The notes: generated from the letters alone by a model not told the origin. DNA of 64,000 nucleotides from Lingula anatina (GCA_051362555.1 CM120644.1:11306567-11370566), one strand, 5' to 3'. Shown: positions 1-14,659, numbered from the stretch's first letter. Made by a program: numbers and translations.

Positions 1-210
1 CTCTTTATGATTTGACACAAAAGATTGAAGAAATTTTGCTCTTGAATTTAAGACCAATTTTTGCTCTTTGGAGCCGTACAGAATGAGTTATGTTAACCTA
101 GCTTCTGCTAACTCCATGGGGAAAGGTTAACAAACCACTTGATTTCAACATACTGGCATAATCACCAGCTTTCTTGTATTCTACTACTCAACCCCAGGAA
201 GGTACATGTA

Positions 211-470
211 AGGCTTCATTCACATGCAATGTCTATTTTCTAAATTCTATTTTCTATTCGCGGTATGTCTTATGATCACGGTCTGTGCCCTGAATATCCC
301 GCGGCGTAATTACTGGCAGAGCGAGCCAGTTACTATAAGTTACTATAAGTAACTGGCTCGCGCTGCCAGTAATTACGCTGCGGGATATTCAGGGCACAGA
401 CCATGATCATAAGATACTGCGAATAGAAAATAGATTTTTAGAAAATAGACTTTCCATGTGAACGAAGCCT
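211..470. mobile_element. Near-perfect palindromic (foldback) MITE
   Basis: ~120-bp inverted arms, AGGCTTCATTCACATG...CATGTGAACGAAGCCT, flanked by TA. Related copies at ~9495-11103 (interrupted) and 43220-43350. Confidence 0.85.
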
Positions 471-613
471 TAATCTCCCATGTTAATCATGTCTGTTAAT
501 CTGGTTGCATTCAGCAAGGGTCTCCATGCACTAGCTAATGTGTAAATCATTCTGAGCAACCCTTTAAGTTGTTCTGGGAAACCAACCCATGCCCACTTGT
601 TAAAGAGCCTTCG

Positions 614-644
<31 letters not shown>

Positions 645-1112
645 CACAGAGGCTGCTCAGCACCCAGTCCATCAATGGTCAAGCTGACCCCTTCCCCCAG
701 GCCATTTGAACCTTGACTATCTCAATGTAGATAATATGAAAGATTAGGTACCTGGGTACATGTTACATGAGCTGTGTATTGGTCTGGTGGTCTTCAGGCT
801 GCTTTGGATGGAAGTGATCTGCATTAGATCCTATCAGAAGGTGTATGATGGGGACATGTTGAATAACCCACCTTCCACAATTCTGGCTAGGGAGACAGTG
901 AGGGAGTTAAGTTTTCTTTCTTTGAGCAGTGAAGGGAAGTGGTTAAGTAGGGCCAGGCCATTTGTAGACTGAGAGCAAAATAAAGAGATAGTGGATAGTT
1001 GTTCTTGTAGATAAGTAAACAGACAGATTAGCTGGTTGTCAGACTTCTAGACAATATTTAACACGCAGATTACTAGAAGCTGGTTGCCAGAGACGTCTCA
1101 GACGTTGACACA

Positions 1113-1546
1113 ATTAAACAGACAGGTTAGCTGGTTGTTAGTCTTCTAGACAAATAAATAGACAGGTTAGCTGGTTGTTAGTCTTCTAGACAAATAAATA
1201 GCTTAGCTGGTTGTTAGTCTTCTAGACAAATAAATAGACAGGTTAGCTGGTTGTTAGTCTTCTAGGCAAATAAATAGACAGGTTAGCTGGTTGTTAGTCT
1301 TCTAGGCAAATAAATAGACAGGTTAGCTGGTTGTTAGTCTTCTAGGCAAATAAATAGACAGGTTAGCTGGTTGTTAGTCTTCTAGGCAAATAAATAGACA
1401 GGTTAGCTGGTTGTTAGTCCTTTAGACAAATAAATAGACAGGTTAGCTGGTTGTTAGTCTTCTAGGCAAATAAATAGACAGGTTAGCTGGTTGTTAGTCT
1501 TCTAGACAAATAAATAGACAGGTTAGCTGGTTGTTAGTCTTCTAGG
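1113..1546. repeat. 40-bp minisatellite, ~11 copies, followed by (TG)n at 1619-1662
   Basis: Unit GTCTTCTAGRCAAATAAATAGACAGGTTAGCTGGTTGTTA. Confidence 0.95.
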
Positions 1547-1616
1547 TGAGTAAACAGATAAGTGAGCAAGAAGATAGATGTGAGCAAGAAAGTAGAGGTG
1601 ATCAAGAAGTTGGTGA

Positions 1617-1665
<49 letters not shown>

Positions 1666-3391
1666 TGCTTGTGTGTGCAAAAGAATGTGGGGGAGAATGT
1701 TGAGGAACGTCCAGCTTTTGACATTAACAAACGGGGCTTTGTTCACAATGGTTTGAAGAAAATGGTGTAGTTTTCACTTCATAAAGTAGGCACTTGATTG
1801 CACCTGTCTTCCCTGCTGTGTTGTCTCTATGTATTCCAAAAGTTGTCAGCACAATGCGGGCTACATGATGGGGATTGGCATGTGATGTTAACTTCAAAAG
1901 TTTTAAAGAATTGAGATGTTTAACCTTATTTCTATGCTCGTTTGTTATATATCAGCGCAGAATGCTGTCAAAAGTCTAGCTTAATAACATGAAAATAACA
2001 CTATTTGCGGCAGTGATTCACTGAATATTTATACTGTTAACATTTATACATATATATAAACGTGTGTTTGTGTTTGTTTCCAGTCAAGCTTGCAGTAGTT
2101 GACCTATCTTAGTATGACCAATCTCAACAGGACACTCGTCAAGCCATTATAATTACATCACCATAACCAGTAAATCTATTCCTTCAATTACCTCACACAC
2201 CACCACTTCAGGTGTGGTTACTATAATGGTGCAAGGTTTTGCTGTTATGGCGAGCATATCATGGAGAAAATAAAATTTAGAATAAAAAAAAGAAAGGAAA
2301 AGAAAAGAAAATCAGTGATCATGCTGAGATTGGTTTTGTTAAGATAAGTCTGCCCAACTTGACTTGAACATCACCTTGATATATATATGTAATACTGCAA
2401 TGTAGCACTGTGCGTTTCTCTGCAGGGCCAAATGAGAACCTCCTCCTCCATCGTAGGCAATGGGCTAGCACAAGTAAGAACTCACTCACCACACCTTGAA
2501 GTTCTAGCATCTTTATGTTGAGGCAGTTTTAAATACAGTGAAGCCCTTTGATGGAAGTTTTTTTTTAATGAAATGTCTATTGTGAGATGTTTTGGTATTG
2601 TGCAGCCTTGTAAGACTACCGGTGGATGAAAGCGGCTTTTTTTGGCACTGAAAAAAAAGAAGGATATTGCTGGCCGATCGATTTATTATTGCATTTAAAC
2701 TTGCCTCAACTGTTGTTCATGCTTTACCTTGAGGAAATGTACAGTAGATGTGCTTGTGAGCTGAGCTGTATTGTAACATTGTAGAACTGTGATGTAGATA
2801 TTAGTCCTAAAGATATATGATGAATTAAAGACGCTTGGTAACATATCTTGATATGCTTTGCTTTAGTGATTGTTTTGGATTTTATCGATGCTTCCACTTT
2901 AGAAAAAAAAAGCTTGGGCACTTCTATCTTCTTTGCTTCACTATTTGCTGCTCTTGCTTAGTTTCATCCCCACCCCCACCTCAAACCTCCCATATTTGTA
3001 CAAAAACAACTAGGCTGCTACTCTAGATAATGATGAAGAAATGGGCACTTGTTAATTGCTGCTTATCATGGACTAATGAACCAATACTATGTCAGATCAT
3101 TATTGGCTCTAGAATGAAGCAAGCAGTTTGGAAAATAAATATGCAATGTATATTTATTTTTCACCCACCCCTCTAGGTGTGAAGTGGGAAGTAGTGCACC
3201 ATGGGATAATGGGAATTCGTTGCAATTTATTTTTCCGTAATATTTTCATGATTGACACAGTCCCTCATCTGAAAAATAAAAATTGATTTTCGGACACTTC
3301 ACATCATAATATTTAAATCGATCAGTTGATGATCTCTCTCCCGGTTTGTAATTATTTGAAATATGTTGTTATCATCTCTCTCTCTCCTCAG

Positions 3392-6300
3392 GACCAGGGC
3401 AGTCTCCCGTTTGCTTCACCGCCCCCTCCTGAAATTAGACAACAGGTAAACAGCACACTCCAGTGTATTCTTAATTGTGTTTTATGTTGTTTCTGATTGT
3501 GATCTCTATCATAGCTCATTCCCCTCCTTCTCTTTTTGTGCCACATTGGAAAATGGTTAAAGAGAAATTATGTTGGGTGTTTATACCATTAAGTTTTCTC
3601 GTTTCTCTTGCCCAGATAACAGTATGCTGAGCTAAAACCATTCACCTTTGGTTTTACTTTCTCCCCCCCCCCCCCCCCCCCTCCCAAAAAAAAAAAAAAA
3701 AAAGTTTTTAAAATTTATTTTATTCCCTGAGCTCATGACTTACCTTTTAAATATTTATCCATGCTGGAAAGGATTAGGAAATATCATTGTCGTTCATTTA
3801 ACTGAATCTGAAATAACACTTGCATGAGCTGAGCTTGAAGTGTTGTATCTGTGTGTTTCTAATTCCTGCATGCTGATTCTGCTCAAAAGATGCATTCACA
3901 GTTGAGTTGTGACAGCCTATCTTAGTGCTCTCCATCTATGCTGACTGTAATCAAGATTTCTAACCATAGAGAATTAGTCTTACTAAAAGCAGTTTGACTG
4001 AGTTTAAATTTAGGAGTGGCAATATGATTGGCTATACATTATCAGAGCGCATATAAAACAGCGGACTTACAGGTCCACGGAACAAATATGGCGACCCACT
4101 AAAAAGCTTGCCACTTAATTCCCGATTAAACACTTAAAAGATACCCCACGGGGATTATGCAACAAGCATTCAAGTGGGTCGGCCACATTTGATCTCTGAA
4201 TCTGTTAGTCTGCTGAATTCTGAATGCGCTCTAAGAAGTGATAATCACACAGTCTAAATCGGCGTACTACTTAGATCGATCCAACTCTGCGGGGGATTCT
4301 CACTAAAGTGCATTCAGTGTAATCAGCTTGAGTGAAATAGTTTCCAAGAGTTGAGCCCTCACGACAATTAATTACCCTCTTGCCTGTCTAAGAGGCTTAT
4401 CAGACAATTTAGCTGATTACATTGACTACAGTTGATACATTGACTTAGGCGTGGGACTGCAGAATAGGATCGATCCAGCTAGTACAGTGGGTTTGTCTGA
4501 ACGCTCCTTTACATTTTAAGTTGGGCTGCCACAACTTCACTGGAAATGCTACTGGAAATGTTTGTGTCGAGTTTGGAACTGCTTTTTTCATGCTATAAAT
4601 GGGTCAATTTGTTTGTTTACCAAGAGAACTTCCACAGTTTAGCATGTTATTTTATGATTAACTTTATTTTAAAAAAAGAATTTGTGTGTGCATTGCTGTG
4701 AGCACAAGCTGGTTACCTATTAGGACTTTATTTTTGAAGTAGGCCATAACATCCTGCATTTTCTTTTTCATTTTTAAGTTTAAAGAGCCTATTGAGCTGA
4801 ATGATTTTATATTAGCAGAGAGTACTCTGCTGGTTACAAAATTATTTTTTTCAAACTGTTGTCCAGATTATATGACAGAAAAAAATGTATTCTTAGACTC
4901 ATTAAAAAACAAAACGACGAAAACTTGTTCATTTTTCTATAGATATCTCCTCCAAAGCATTGTATTTATAATTATTATTTAGAGATCTATCCACCAGCTG
5001 TAGTCCTTTGTCCTGTTTTTGTTTTTTCAACAGCTGAAAAAAGAAGTTACCCTACCTTAATGTGCACAATTGTAGGAGAAAGAGGGATTAAGGAATTTGC
5101 AATAATAATCTTTTGTTTTCCTATGTTTAGACTCCTGAGAAGGCCAAAACACCAACAGAAAGGAAAAGAAAAAGGAAAAATGCCAGTGCGGAAGATGGAG
5201 GTATGTTCAGAGTGAATATTTAACACGCATGCATGTACACACAAACACGCACACACTCAAGCTGAGAAAATAATGATACAAAATGTAAGAAAAATGATAA
5301 TATATAATTAGATGTAAAAAAATTTTTTTAAAAATTACTTGTCATCAGTTTAATAACCAGATCTGAATTTGTCGAAAAAAATCTTTAATTTTTTCTTTCA
5401 CTTTCAGTGCAAGGAAAGCAAGGCAAGGCAGATAGTGCCAAGAAGATAAATGAATATTTTAGGGTAAGTAAAATTGTGGATTATTAATATCTAGTGTCAA
5501 GATTTTGGCCCTGTAGCACATAAGTATTAAGTATTAAAAATTTGAGGTCAGCAAGAGATTACTGGTCATTTTCAGAAAAAAATGTTTTGATTACCATGAG
5601 ATATAAGCAGAGCGTCTCACTTTGTCCATTGGAAATTAAAAGAAAAAGTTCTCGTAAGCTGTCATGAAATTAATGTGGACACACTGTATATTATACTGTT
5701 ATTCATTTAATTATTTAAATAGACATCATCAAATTCTCACTTTTGAAAATGAACTTGTAGAGTGAAAAAAGAAGAAAAAAAGGGGGTAAGACAAGTACAA
5801 TTTGTAAAAGCTGTGATTTGTTCATCTATTATTTCTCGTTATTTTTATTTATTATTTTAGGGAGGAAGCCCAGGTCGGGGAACACGGAACTCCCCCATTC
5901 CAATGGTAAGAACTCACACCCCTGGTGGGTCTTGGCTAATTTGGGTCATCTGCATTAAAAAAAAAAAAAAAGACCGAGTCATGTAGTTACTGGTGATGGT
6001 AATCTCAGTCAGAGCTGTAAATGATACTATGTCATATATTCCTCTCTTTGTACATGATCAAATACAATAACATTACAAATGGTATAAGAAATATTATTGA
6101 ATTAAAAATAGTCAAACATTGGGCACTCTTACATTGGTTTATTGTTGAAAACTTCCCTTTTGACGATACAGTTAGTATTTAATGACTGTGATTATTTCTT
6201 CCCGTATTTCCAGTACCCTGCGTCCCCCGTCATGTTTGCCCAGTCTCCAATGCAGGGGAGCAACAACAGTAACTCACAGGAGTTTCAGTCGATGTTTCCA

Positions 6301-9129
6301 AATGCGGGAAGCCAAAATAACGACTCTTCAATGAGGCCAGTACAGGTAAACATCAGTATTTTATTTGTAAGTGGAAATACACTGAGAGATGCACACTTTT
6401 CTTCTCTGATTTTTTTTGTGGTGTCAGTGCCTAAACAGTCATTAGATTTTTCCAGTTATGGCAGAATTCCAACTTTTTTGGGAGCCAAAACTTTTCACCC
6501 CTAATGTTTATTGCAAACATGCAGTAATGGAAATCATTATGTTTTAATTCATCTGTCCAGTCAGATTTTCTATTAGTCGATTTGACAAGGATATTATTTA
6601 ATTGTCCTTGGTCATATAGATATGAAGATCATTGTCTTTGTTTTAGCCGGACACCAGTCACAGCCAACTAGGGAACATGAACGCTCAGCCCCCGCCAAAT
6701 GATGTGAGGGATCAAAAAATACAGGAATATTCAAAGGTATGGAAAAGATTCTTGTAACAAAGAATAAATTGGAAAACAGATGCACATACTGTTGAGAAAA
6801 TATAAAACGTGATACCTTCATTTTTCGTAGATGTGTGAAGGGTATGTTAAAGTTATCCTGTATGTTTTAGAGTCTGCTCAAATGGTATAGTTTTGTTCAC
6901 TGATGTGTTTGTAAATTAGGTGATGAAATTATAAGGACATTGCTGCAGAATTTTCGCCCTTTTTGTGTATGAGGGGAGCTTTTTATTTAGTCCAGATATA
7001 TATGCTTCCCAACATTCAATATTTCATTTTTTTTTCAACAAAATTATTCTAAAAATTATTATTCATTGTGTAATATCTATTTCAGCAAATTGATGAACTA
7101 AGAAGGCAGCTCACAGCCCAGCAAAAATTAATAGACAAATACAAAGAGACACAAAACAGATGTCTAGAAAAGACCAAGAAACTGCTAATAGAAAAGGTAA
7201 CGTCGTCCTCGCTCATTACCTTGATTTAGTGCAAAGCAGATATAAGTAGGAATTAGAGAAAAAATTGTTGATGTATAAAATTCATTGTACATTTAATGTT
7301 GGCCCTTTGGGATACATGAGAAAGAAAAGAAGGAAGTCAGCTTTGTTATCATCCTTCTAATCATCTCCTTCTAAGTCTTTCTTATCATCCTAAAAGCATT
7401 GAATGGAAAAATCAACATTAATGCCAAAAATATTTAAGTGACCAAAAATGGCATGAAGTTTATCTTGTCACTTCCATGATCTTTCCATTGCTCTGACCTT
7501 GGCCTCACTTTGATATGACCTTTGCTTCTTTTTAATACAACCTTGACATTTCAGAGTGATATGGAGAAGAAGGACAGGCGGCAACATGCAATGGAGAACA
7601 GGCTGCGGCTGGGCCAGTTCCAGACCCAGCGCCAAGGGACGTCCTTCGTGGAAAACTGGGTGGACGGATATGCATTTACAGATGTGATAAAGTGAGCAAA
7701 TAAACCCAAACTGGTTTTGTATAAAATGTGTCTCTTTTCGACCAAAGTGTAACATCCTGCACTAGGGACTGGTTTTACAGGAAAACTTGTGCCTTTTGGT
7801 CCACTTTATTTTGGGATTAATCTGAAGGTTTCAAACTAAAGTAACTGCTGGTCAGTTTTTGTGGGAGATGTACCCAGATAAACTCAAACTGGTTTTGTCT
7901 AAAATGCATCAAAAGTCCAGTACCCTAGGGGCTTAAGTGGTCTACGATGTGTCTCAGGCACAATGGTTACTCAATATACTTATACTTGCCCCACAATAGT
8001 TTACATAAGAGTCTGGGTTCAATAAGAAACGACTTAATTTACATGTGTTTGTTAGAAAATAAAGTGTTTGTTTGTTTACAGGCGTCAGGAAAGGATAGGA
8101 GCAGAGCGAGAAGAAATAGACCGACAGCGGAAATTGTTAATGAAAAGAAAACCTTCGACAGGAGGGACTAGCAGAGGATCGAGCAAAAGTCAAGATGGAT
8201 TCTTAAAGCCTGCCGAAAAATCTCAGTGAGTTTTACAGTCAAATCTTAACATTAAGCTGGGAAAAGTTGGTTGTATTTGCTGAAATAGGCTTTGATATTA
8301 GATGAACTATGGCATTTATTATGGAAATTAGCTTATGATACTGTTCAGCAGATGTATGGGGTTTTCTGTTTTCAAATATTTTGGTAGATAAAACTTGATG
8401 TGTTTGTTTTAACTGAAAATATCCCAGTATTCTCAATGCTTTTTTCCCCCAAATTTGTTGAGAAAGTTTAAAAACTGTTGAAAATAATGGATGTAACAAA
8501 TATGCAGTGAGATTTTTATTGTTTTTATGTTACTATTCCAGATTATCTCTCGGCGGGTTTTACGAACAGGACGAGATTCTGAAGCTGCGGCAAGCAGCAC
8601 TTAAAAAAGAGGACACTGACTTACAATCCGAGCTGGAAAAATTAGAACGGGAGCGCAATTTACATATCAGAGAACTCAAACGCATTCACAATGAAGATAA
8701 CTCCAGGTATAAGAAAGTTACAGCACCAGAGGAGAAATTCAGTGATTGTTTCAGCTTTATCTCATTATATAACGAGATCGCATGCACACAAGCTCCTTAT
8801 GATGTGAGATTGCAGTGATTTTTGTTCACATGGAATGGTATTAAAAAAATTAGCTAGAAGGCAGGCCTGGACACAGCATTTTGAGGGATTGGAAAAGACA
8901 AAGAAAAGTACCACAAACGGGACCAGGATTCTGTTTGAAAATGTATTATATTGTATGCCATTAAGTTTAACAGCTGTGTCTAGAAGTTTTATAAAATGTT
9001 AATAAGTTGATATACATTTCATTGTTTATTTTCAGATTCAAAGAACACCCAGTATTAAACGATAGGTACCTCCTGCTCACCCTTATAGGAAAAGGGGGGT
9101 TTAGTGAGGTTCACAAGGTGAGGTCCCCC

Positions 9130-9189
<60 letters not shown>

Positions 9190-12100
9190 GCGTACAAACA
9201 TGCATTTGTTCGCACACTAGGAAAACTATCACCCTTCAAACAAATATAGAAATTAAACCTCCATTTGATTAGTCTTGAAAGAAAATATAATCTTACCTGA
9301 AGAAAACAAAGTTACAAAAGATTTTTTTTATTCACAATATTAATAAATACATAAAACCTAAAAAAAATAACAGCATATGTGAAATGTTTTGCGTATGTAG
9401 CAAAAAAAAAAAAAAATCTACAAAGAAAAGAAAAAATGAAAATTGGAATATTAGTAATCTAATGGTGAAAAAAATGGTATCTCTAAGAAGACTTACGCTG
9501 CATTCACATGAAAAATCTATTTTCTAAAAATCTATTTGTGGTATCTTGCGCGAGCCAGTTACTTCCAAAGCTGTAATTAATTCTCGGCACTGCCAGTAAT
9601 TACCCCGCGGGGTATTCAGGGCACAGACCGTGATCACAAGATACAGCAAATAGATTTTTATGTACAGACACAGATGTGTCTGTACATATAGCCATCATCT
9701 GCGTCTGTCGTCGTCGCCGTCGTCGTCGCCGTGCACTTTTACCGATAACACGATAAGTGGAAAACCATTTTACCTTTTGACTTGAAACTTGCAGAACTGA
9801 TGAATATTCATAATACGCAGGTCAAGTTCGAAAATCAGCATGATCGGGTCACTTTTAGGGAATTTATGCTGTTTTTTCACTTTTTTCAACATATATGCAG
9901 CACCGATAACACGATAAGTGGAAAACCATTTTACCTTTTGACTTGAAACTTACAGAACTGATGAATATTCATAATACACAGGTCAAGTTCGAAAATCAGC
10001 ATGATCGGGTCACTTTTAGGGAATTTATGCTGTTTTTTCACTTTTTTCAGCATATATGCAGCACCGATAACACGATAAGTGGAAAACCATTTTACCTTTT
10101 GACTTGAAACTTACAGAACTGATGAATATTCATAATACGCAGGTCAAGTTCGAAAATCAGCATGATTGGGCCATTTTTTGGGAATTTATGCTGTTTTTTC
10201 ACTATTTTCAATATAAATACAACACTGATAACACAATATAAAAAAAACGGATTGGTCAATTGTAATTATACTCACAGGAGTGGTCAATCTTACTAAAACG
10301 CAGGTTGAGTTCGAAAATCAGCATAATCGGGCCATTATTTTAGAAGTTATACTGTTTTTCACATTTCCTCAGATTCAATTATTAGGCATGTTAACAGTCT
10401 CATTATTTAACTAATAAGATGCCTAAAAGTGTTTGTTTGATATTTCCTGCATCTTTACAACATTGTTAGTTGATTATGTAAAAAACATGGTAAACTTGTT
10501 ATCATGTATTGTGTAACAAAGTGTCAAAAATGGAAATAAACTCATATCATTGCAGTTTGTCAGATTCAATCATCTACTATGTTCAGAATCTCAGAATGGA
10601 GGAAATTGGACATTTAACACTGTTCTATTGATACTTTTCCCATCTCATCAATTTTCTTAGTTGGTCATATAAAATGGCAGTAAAATGTTTATTTTGTTTT
10701 ATGTTAAAAAAGTGTTAAAAATGGAAATAAACCCATTTCAGAACAGTGCTGTCTTGTTTACATTTTGGCATTTTCAAGGCGTGACTTGACCATGGGCCTG
10801 AAGACCTTTGCTAGTCACATTTTCTGAATATCTGTGATACTAATATTTTATAATTAAAAATTGATGGTCATTAAGCTGTTAAACATTATGTAATATTGCA
10901 TCAAAATTTGAAGAAACCCCTATTTTGGGCACTGCTTCCATGATGACCATTTAAGGTAAATCATGTCACTTACTGTTCTCAAACTTACAGGAAAGAAACA
11001 TGGGACTAAAATACAGCTTCAGTAGGCAATGCAGTCTGTTTGGTATTTTTATTTATTTATTTATTTATTTTTAGAAAATAGATTTTTCATGTGAACGCAG
11101 TCTAAACTACCTAAATTTATCCTCTTCCCAACAACCAGGAAGTAATTTGGCTTTCTCTTTAGTTGTAATTCGTAAAGCTTTACACATTCATTTCATAGCT
11201 AGACTCTATTCATGGATGTAAACTTTGTCGGGCATCATTCTTAAGGTTAAAAATATAAGTCAATATGAATTGATTAAATTGAGTAGTTTATATCTTGAGT
11301 TTACATACGACATTTGGCTAGTAGATTTACTTTGCCATATTTTGAAAGTTCATTTGTTGCACAGGTTGAATCTGCTCTGTAATTTACTAAAAAAATGGCT
11401 TTGCTTAGAAAGCAACAAACGTTTCATTATTTTCAGCTCACTTAGCATATTTTACTGATATGTCCTGGTATTGATAATTACTCATATTTGTTTTAGGCAT
11501 TTGACCTGAAAGAGCAGAGGGATGTGGCTTGTAAGATTCACCAGCTGAATAGGGAGTGGAAAGATGACAAAAAAGTGAACTATATAAAGTAAGTGTTGAT
11601 GGGGGATTCTTTAACACAAACGGAAAGAAGCTAATGGAGACTCAAATTTCCTCCTTGTGTTTGAGAACTAGAAATATGATATTTTCTGTTTCTGTCCCTT
11701 AATGTTTGTACAAAAACCCCAAGAAAACCTTAAGTGATTGTACTTTTAGCTTACTGACTGTTAGGATTTGCAAAAAAATATTTCAATTTCAGTCAGTGTA
11801 TGAGATATAGAATAAGTCGGTGAAAGATTGAAATTTGTATTTTTAGTTCGGGTTTTAATTTTGCACTTGGCTAAGCCTAAATATATGTCACCTTCCTGGT
11901 TTTTGTCTTGCAGACATGCTGTACGGGAATACAATATACATAAGACACTGGATCACCCGAGAATAGTAAAACTCTACGACGTGTTTGAAATTGATATTGA
12001 TTCGTAAGTAATCTGGACAGTTTGCCCTTCACTTGGATTCTTCAAATCATTAAATATGCAGCTGTGTGATGAAAAAAAAAACTTTTTTTGTGAGAGGAAA

Positions 12101-14567
12101 ATAACTTGATTCAGTCTGTATGCAACATTTCAGAGTCAATAAAACATTCTTATGATACTGAAAACTTGTGAGCTTTAGGTGACATTTCTGGCACTTTGCC
12201 GTGAAAATTATATAGTTTGGGATTCTGAATAGCTTCAGGAACTAGATTATTTTCATATAGATAGGCATGTTTCTTTTTGTTTTCAGATTTTGTACAGTTC
12301 TAGAATACTGTGATGGCCATGACTTGGATTTCTATCTCAAGCAGAGTAAGAGTATACCTGAGAGGGAAGCCCGCTCTATAATAGTGCAGACAGTCAGCGC
12401 CCTGAAATATCTGAACACGATCACGCCGCCAGTCATACACTATGATCTTAAACCAGGTAAGTACTCTGTGACCTTAAACCTGGTAGGTACACTGTGACCT
12501 TAAACCTGGTAGGTACACTGACCTCAAACCTGGTAGATGCACTGTGACCTCAAACCTGGTAGGTGCACTATGACCTCAAACCTGGTAGGTACACTGTGAC
12601 CTTAACAATTGTAGGTACACTGTGACGTTGAATTGGGTGGGTACACTGTGACCTTAAACCTGGTAGGTACACTGACCTCAAACCTGGTAGATGCACTGTG
12701 ACCTCAAACCTGGTAGGTGCACTATGACCTCAAACCTGGTGGGTACACTGTGACCTTAAACCAGGATCTTGTGAAAGAGTTGATTTTTGTTTCTAATTAC
12801 AACTTATTTGCATTTCATTGCTCATTTTAACATCTGTAGTTGATTGTTTCGATCTCTAGTGCTGTTTTCTCTCTCTTCCCTTAGGAAACATTCTACTAGG
12901 ACTAGGCATGGTGAGCGGGGAAATCAAGATCACAGATTTTGGTTTGAGCAAGGTGATGGAAGGCGACACCTACAGTCCAGACCATGGCATGGATCTCACT
13001 TCACAGGGCGCTGGGACATATTGGTCAGTTACCCATCTCTTTGGACCTTTTCACCTCTAGCAGCATTCTCTTGTAATTAAGTCTGTACCTGCACACTAAA
13101 ATTTTGTACACTGAAATGATGACTAGATAATTTCACCAATCTGTTACAATAATTATGTCTTCAATACAACAGCAAAGACAATTAAAATATTCCCATATCT
13201 ATATCCAGACACCTTCAGCCAATGATAAAACATTGATAAAGCTTGTTCCTGAGTTTTGCTGCCAGATTGATATTTTTCTATTGATATGTTACAGGTACTT
13301 ACCTCCTGAGTGTTTTGTTGTTGGTCGTGAACCACCAAAAATTTCCTCAAAAGTAGATGTCTGGTCTGTAGGGGTGATCTTTTATCAGTGTCTCTATGGC
13401 AAAAAGGTAAACTATCTGTTTTCATGTCTCCTGTCTTCTGTAAGAATTTCTCAAGATAAAGTGTCATGGAAACTAAAAGATGAAGACCCAGCTTTTATCT
13501 TCTTAGGGGTCATCCATTTTTATCAGCATCATTTTTACAAGTCTGCAAACCATATGCTGGGTTTATGTTTCTGTACACTTTTGAAAAATAATAAAAATGA
13601 TCATTCATTTTCTTACAAAGGTCATCATTTTAAATTTTTACTTTTTACTTTGTACTTTGGAAGGGGGATGAGGGGGTCTGAAAAAAGTCTACCCTTTGTA
13701 GGCTTGGTGAAATGATGATAAAAATGGCTGACCCCTTAGAATTACTCAGGAGAAAAAAAAAAAGATTTGACAATGTGGTGCACAGATATCCTCTCATATT
13801 TTCTCCAATAGAACATTCCTAGTGAATTACAGGTTACCCTATCTCTTCAACTGGGTATATCAGCTTATTTAAAATTTTAGAGACAATTGATTTTCTTCTT
13901 CATTTGGGTCTTAAATTTATTTATTTATTTATTCTTTCAGCCATTTGGTCACAACTTGTCACAAGCTGCCATTCTAGAAGAGAACACAATCTTAAAAGCA
14001 ACGGAGCCTCAGTTCCCCTCCAAGCCTCCAGTCAGCAATGAGGCCAAGTCTTTTATTCGTACCTGTTTACAGTATAAAAAGGAGCTTCGTCCAGAGGTTC
14101 TTCAGCTATCAGAACATGATTATCTTAAGCCTGTAGCAATGAAATCCAAGTACGTTTTTTTTTTTTTTTTAATCTTCATTTTTCATTTGAAGTTGATGCA
14201 GTTAATGAAATTGTTCATAGCTTTGCATTACTGGACTTGCCGTTTTCCCTTAAGATGAAAAATATTGATGAAACTTAATGGAAAATTTTAACAGCATATG
14301 ATAAGATATTTAGGTGCCTAATTTTAGATTTTAAGTTATGTACTTAGAAGGTAATGTAGATGTACATGACTGTGAATAATTTGAAGTGAAGGAATGATAA
14401 CAGCCCATGACCTACTGGTTTCATAAATCTGCTTTAGCTAAGATGATTGTTTAGTTGAAAATTGTCGATTGACAATTATAAAGTGATATGTGATTGTTGA
14501 TTATTCCATCACTAATTGTAGTTTTTTTCTCTATTTCAGAGACAAGGCAGACTCGATGTCAATGTGA
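3392..14567 (+). CDS. TLK: Tousled-like Ser/Thr kinase, 5'-partial (start codon not found in window); 18 coding exons
   Basis: Manually spliced GT-AG exons: 3392-3445 (least certain), 5131-5200, 5408-5463, 5861-5905, 6214-6345, 6647-6736, 7086-7196, 7555-7691, 8082-8225, 8542-8706, 9036-9117, 11497-11588, 11914-12003, 12287-12456, 12885-13023, 13295-13406, 13941-14149, 14540-14567. They sum to 1926 nt in one frame. Motifs: [10 protein letters not shown], coiled coils (KKLLIEK; [23 protein letters not shown]), [56 protein letters not shown]. Confidence 0.95.
9659..11040 (+). mobile_element. Helentron/HINE-like non-autonomous element with internal 161-bp tandem repeats, nested in a MITE inside a TLK intron
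   Basis: T-run, hairpin TATGTACAGACACA-GA-TGTGTCTGTACATA (9659-9688), (GTC)n microsatellite, repeats starting at 9741, 9902, 10063 and ~10223. Host MITE ends at ~9495 and ~11103. Right boundary approximate. Confidence 0.6.
12436..12765 (+). repeat. 26-bp tandem repeat derived from a TLK exon/intron junction, ~12-13 copies
   Basis: First copy TACACTATGATCTTAAACCAG|GTAAG is the real exon end. Later copies are TACACTGTGACCTYAAACCTGGTAGG. Confidence 0.92.
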
Positions 14568-14659
14568 TTCTATCTAGGGCAGTAGCACAATATTACCACT
14601 CAAGGCTTCAGTCACAAGTGCACAGATAACATAAGATTGTTTACAGTTGTCTGAATGAG

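Noticed and set aside
1113-1546. Regular repeats resembling a CRISPR array (also 12436-12765 and 14660-14915)
   Set aside because: Head-to-tail units without unique spacers, eukaryotic intronic/UTR context, no cas genes.
1534-1770. ORFs with HTHT/VCVC/ERER/TTTT runs (also ~30300-30770, 31580-31810, 35346-35739)
   Set aside because: Translations of (CA)n, (GA)n and (GGT)n microsatellites.
13155-13715. 186-aa ORF as a standalone gene
   Set aside because: It is TLK exon 13295-13406 plus open intronic flanks.
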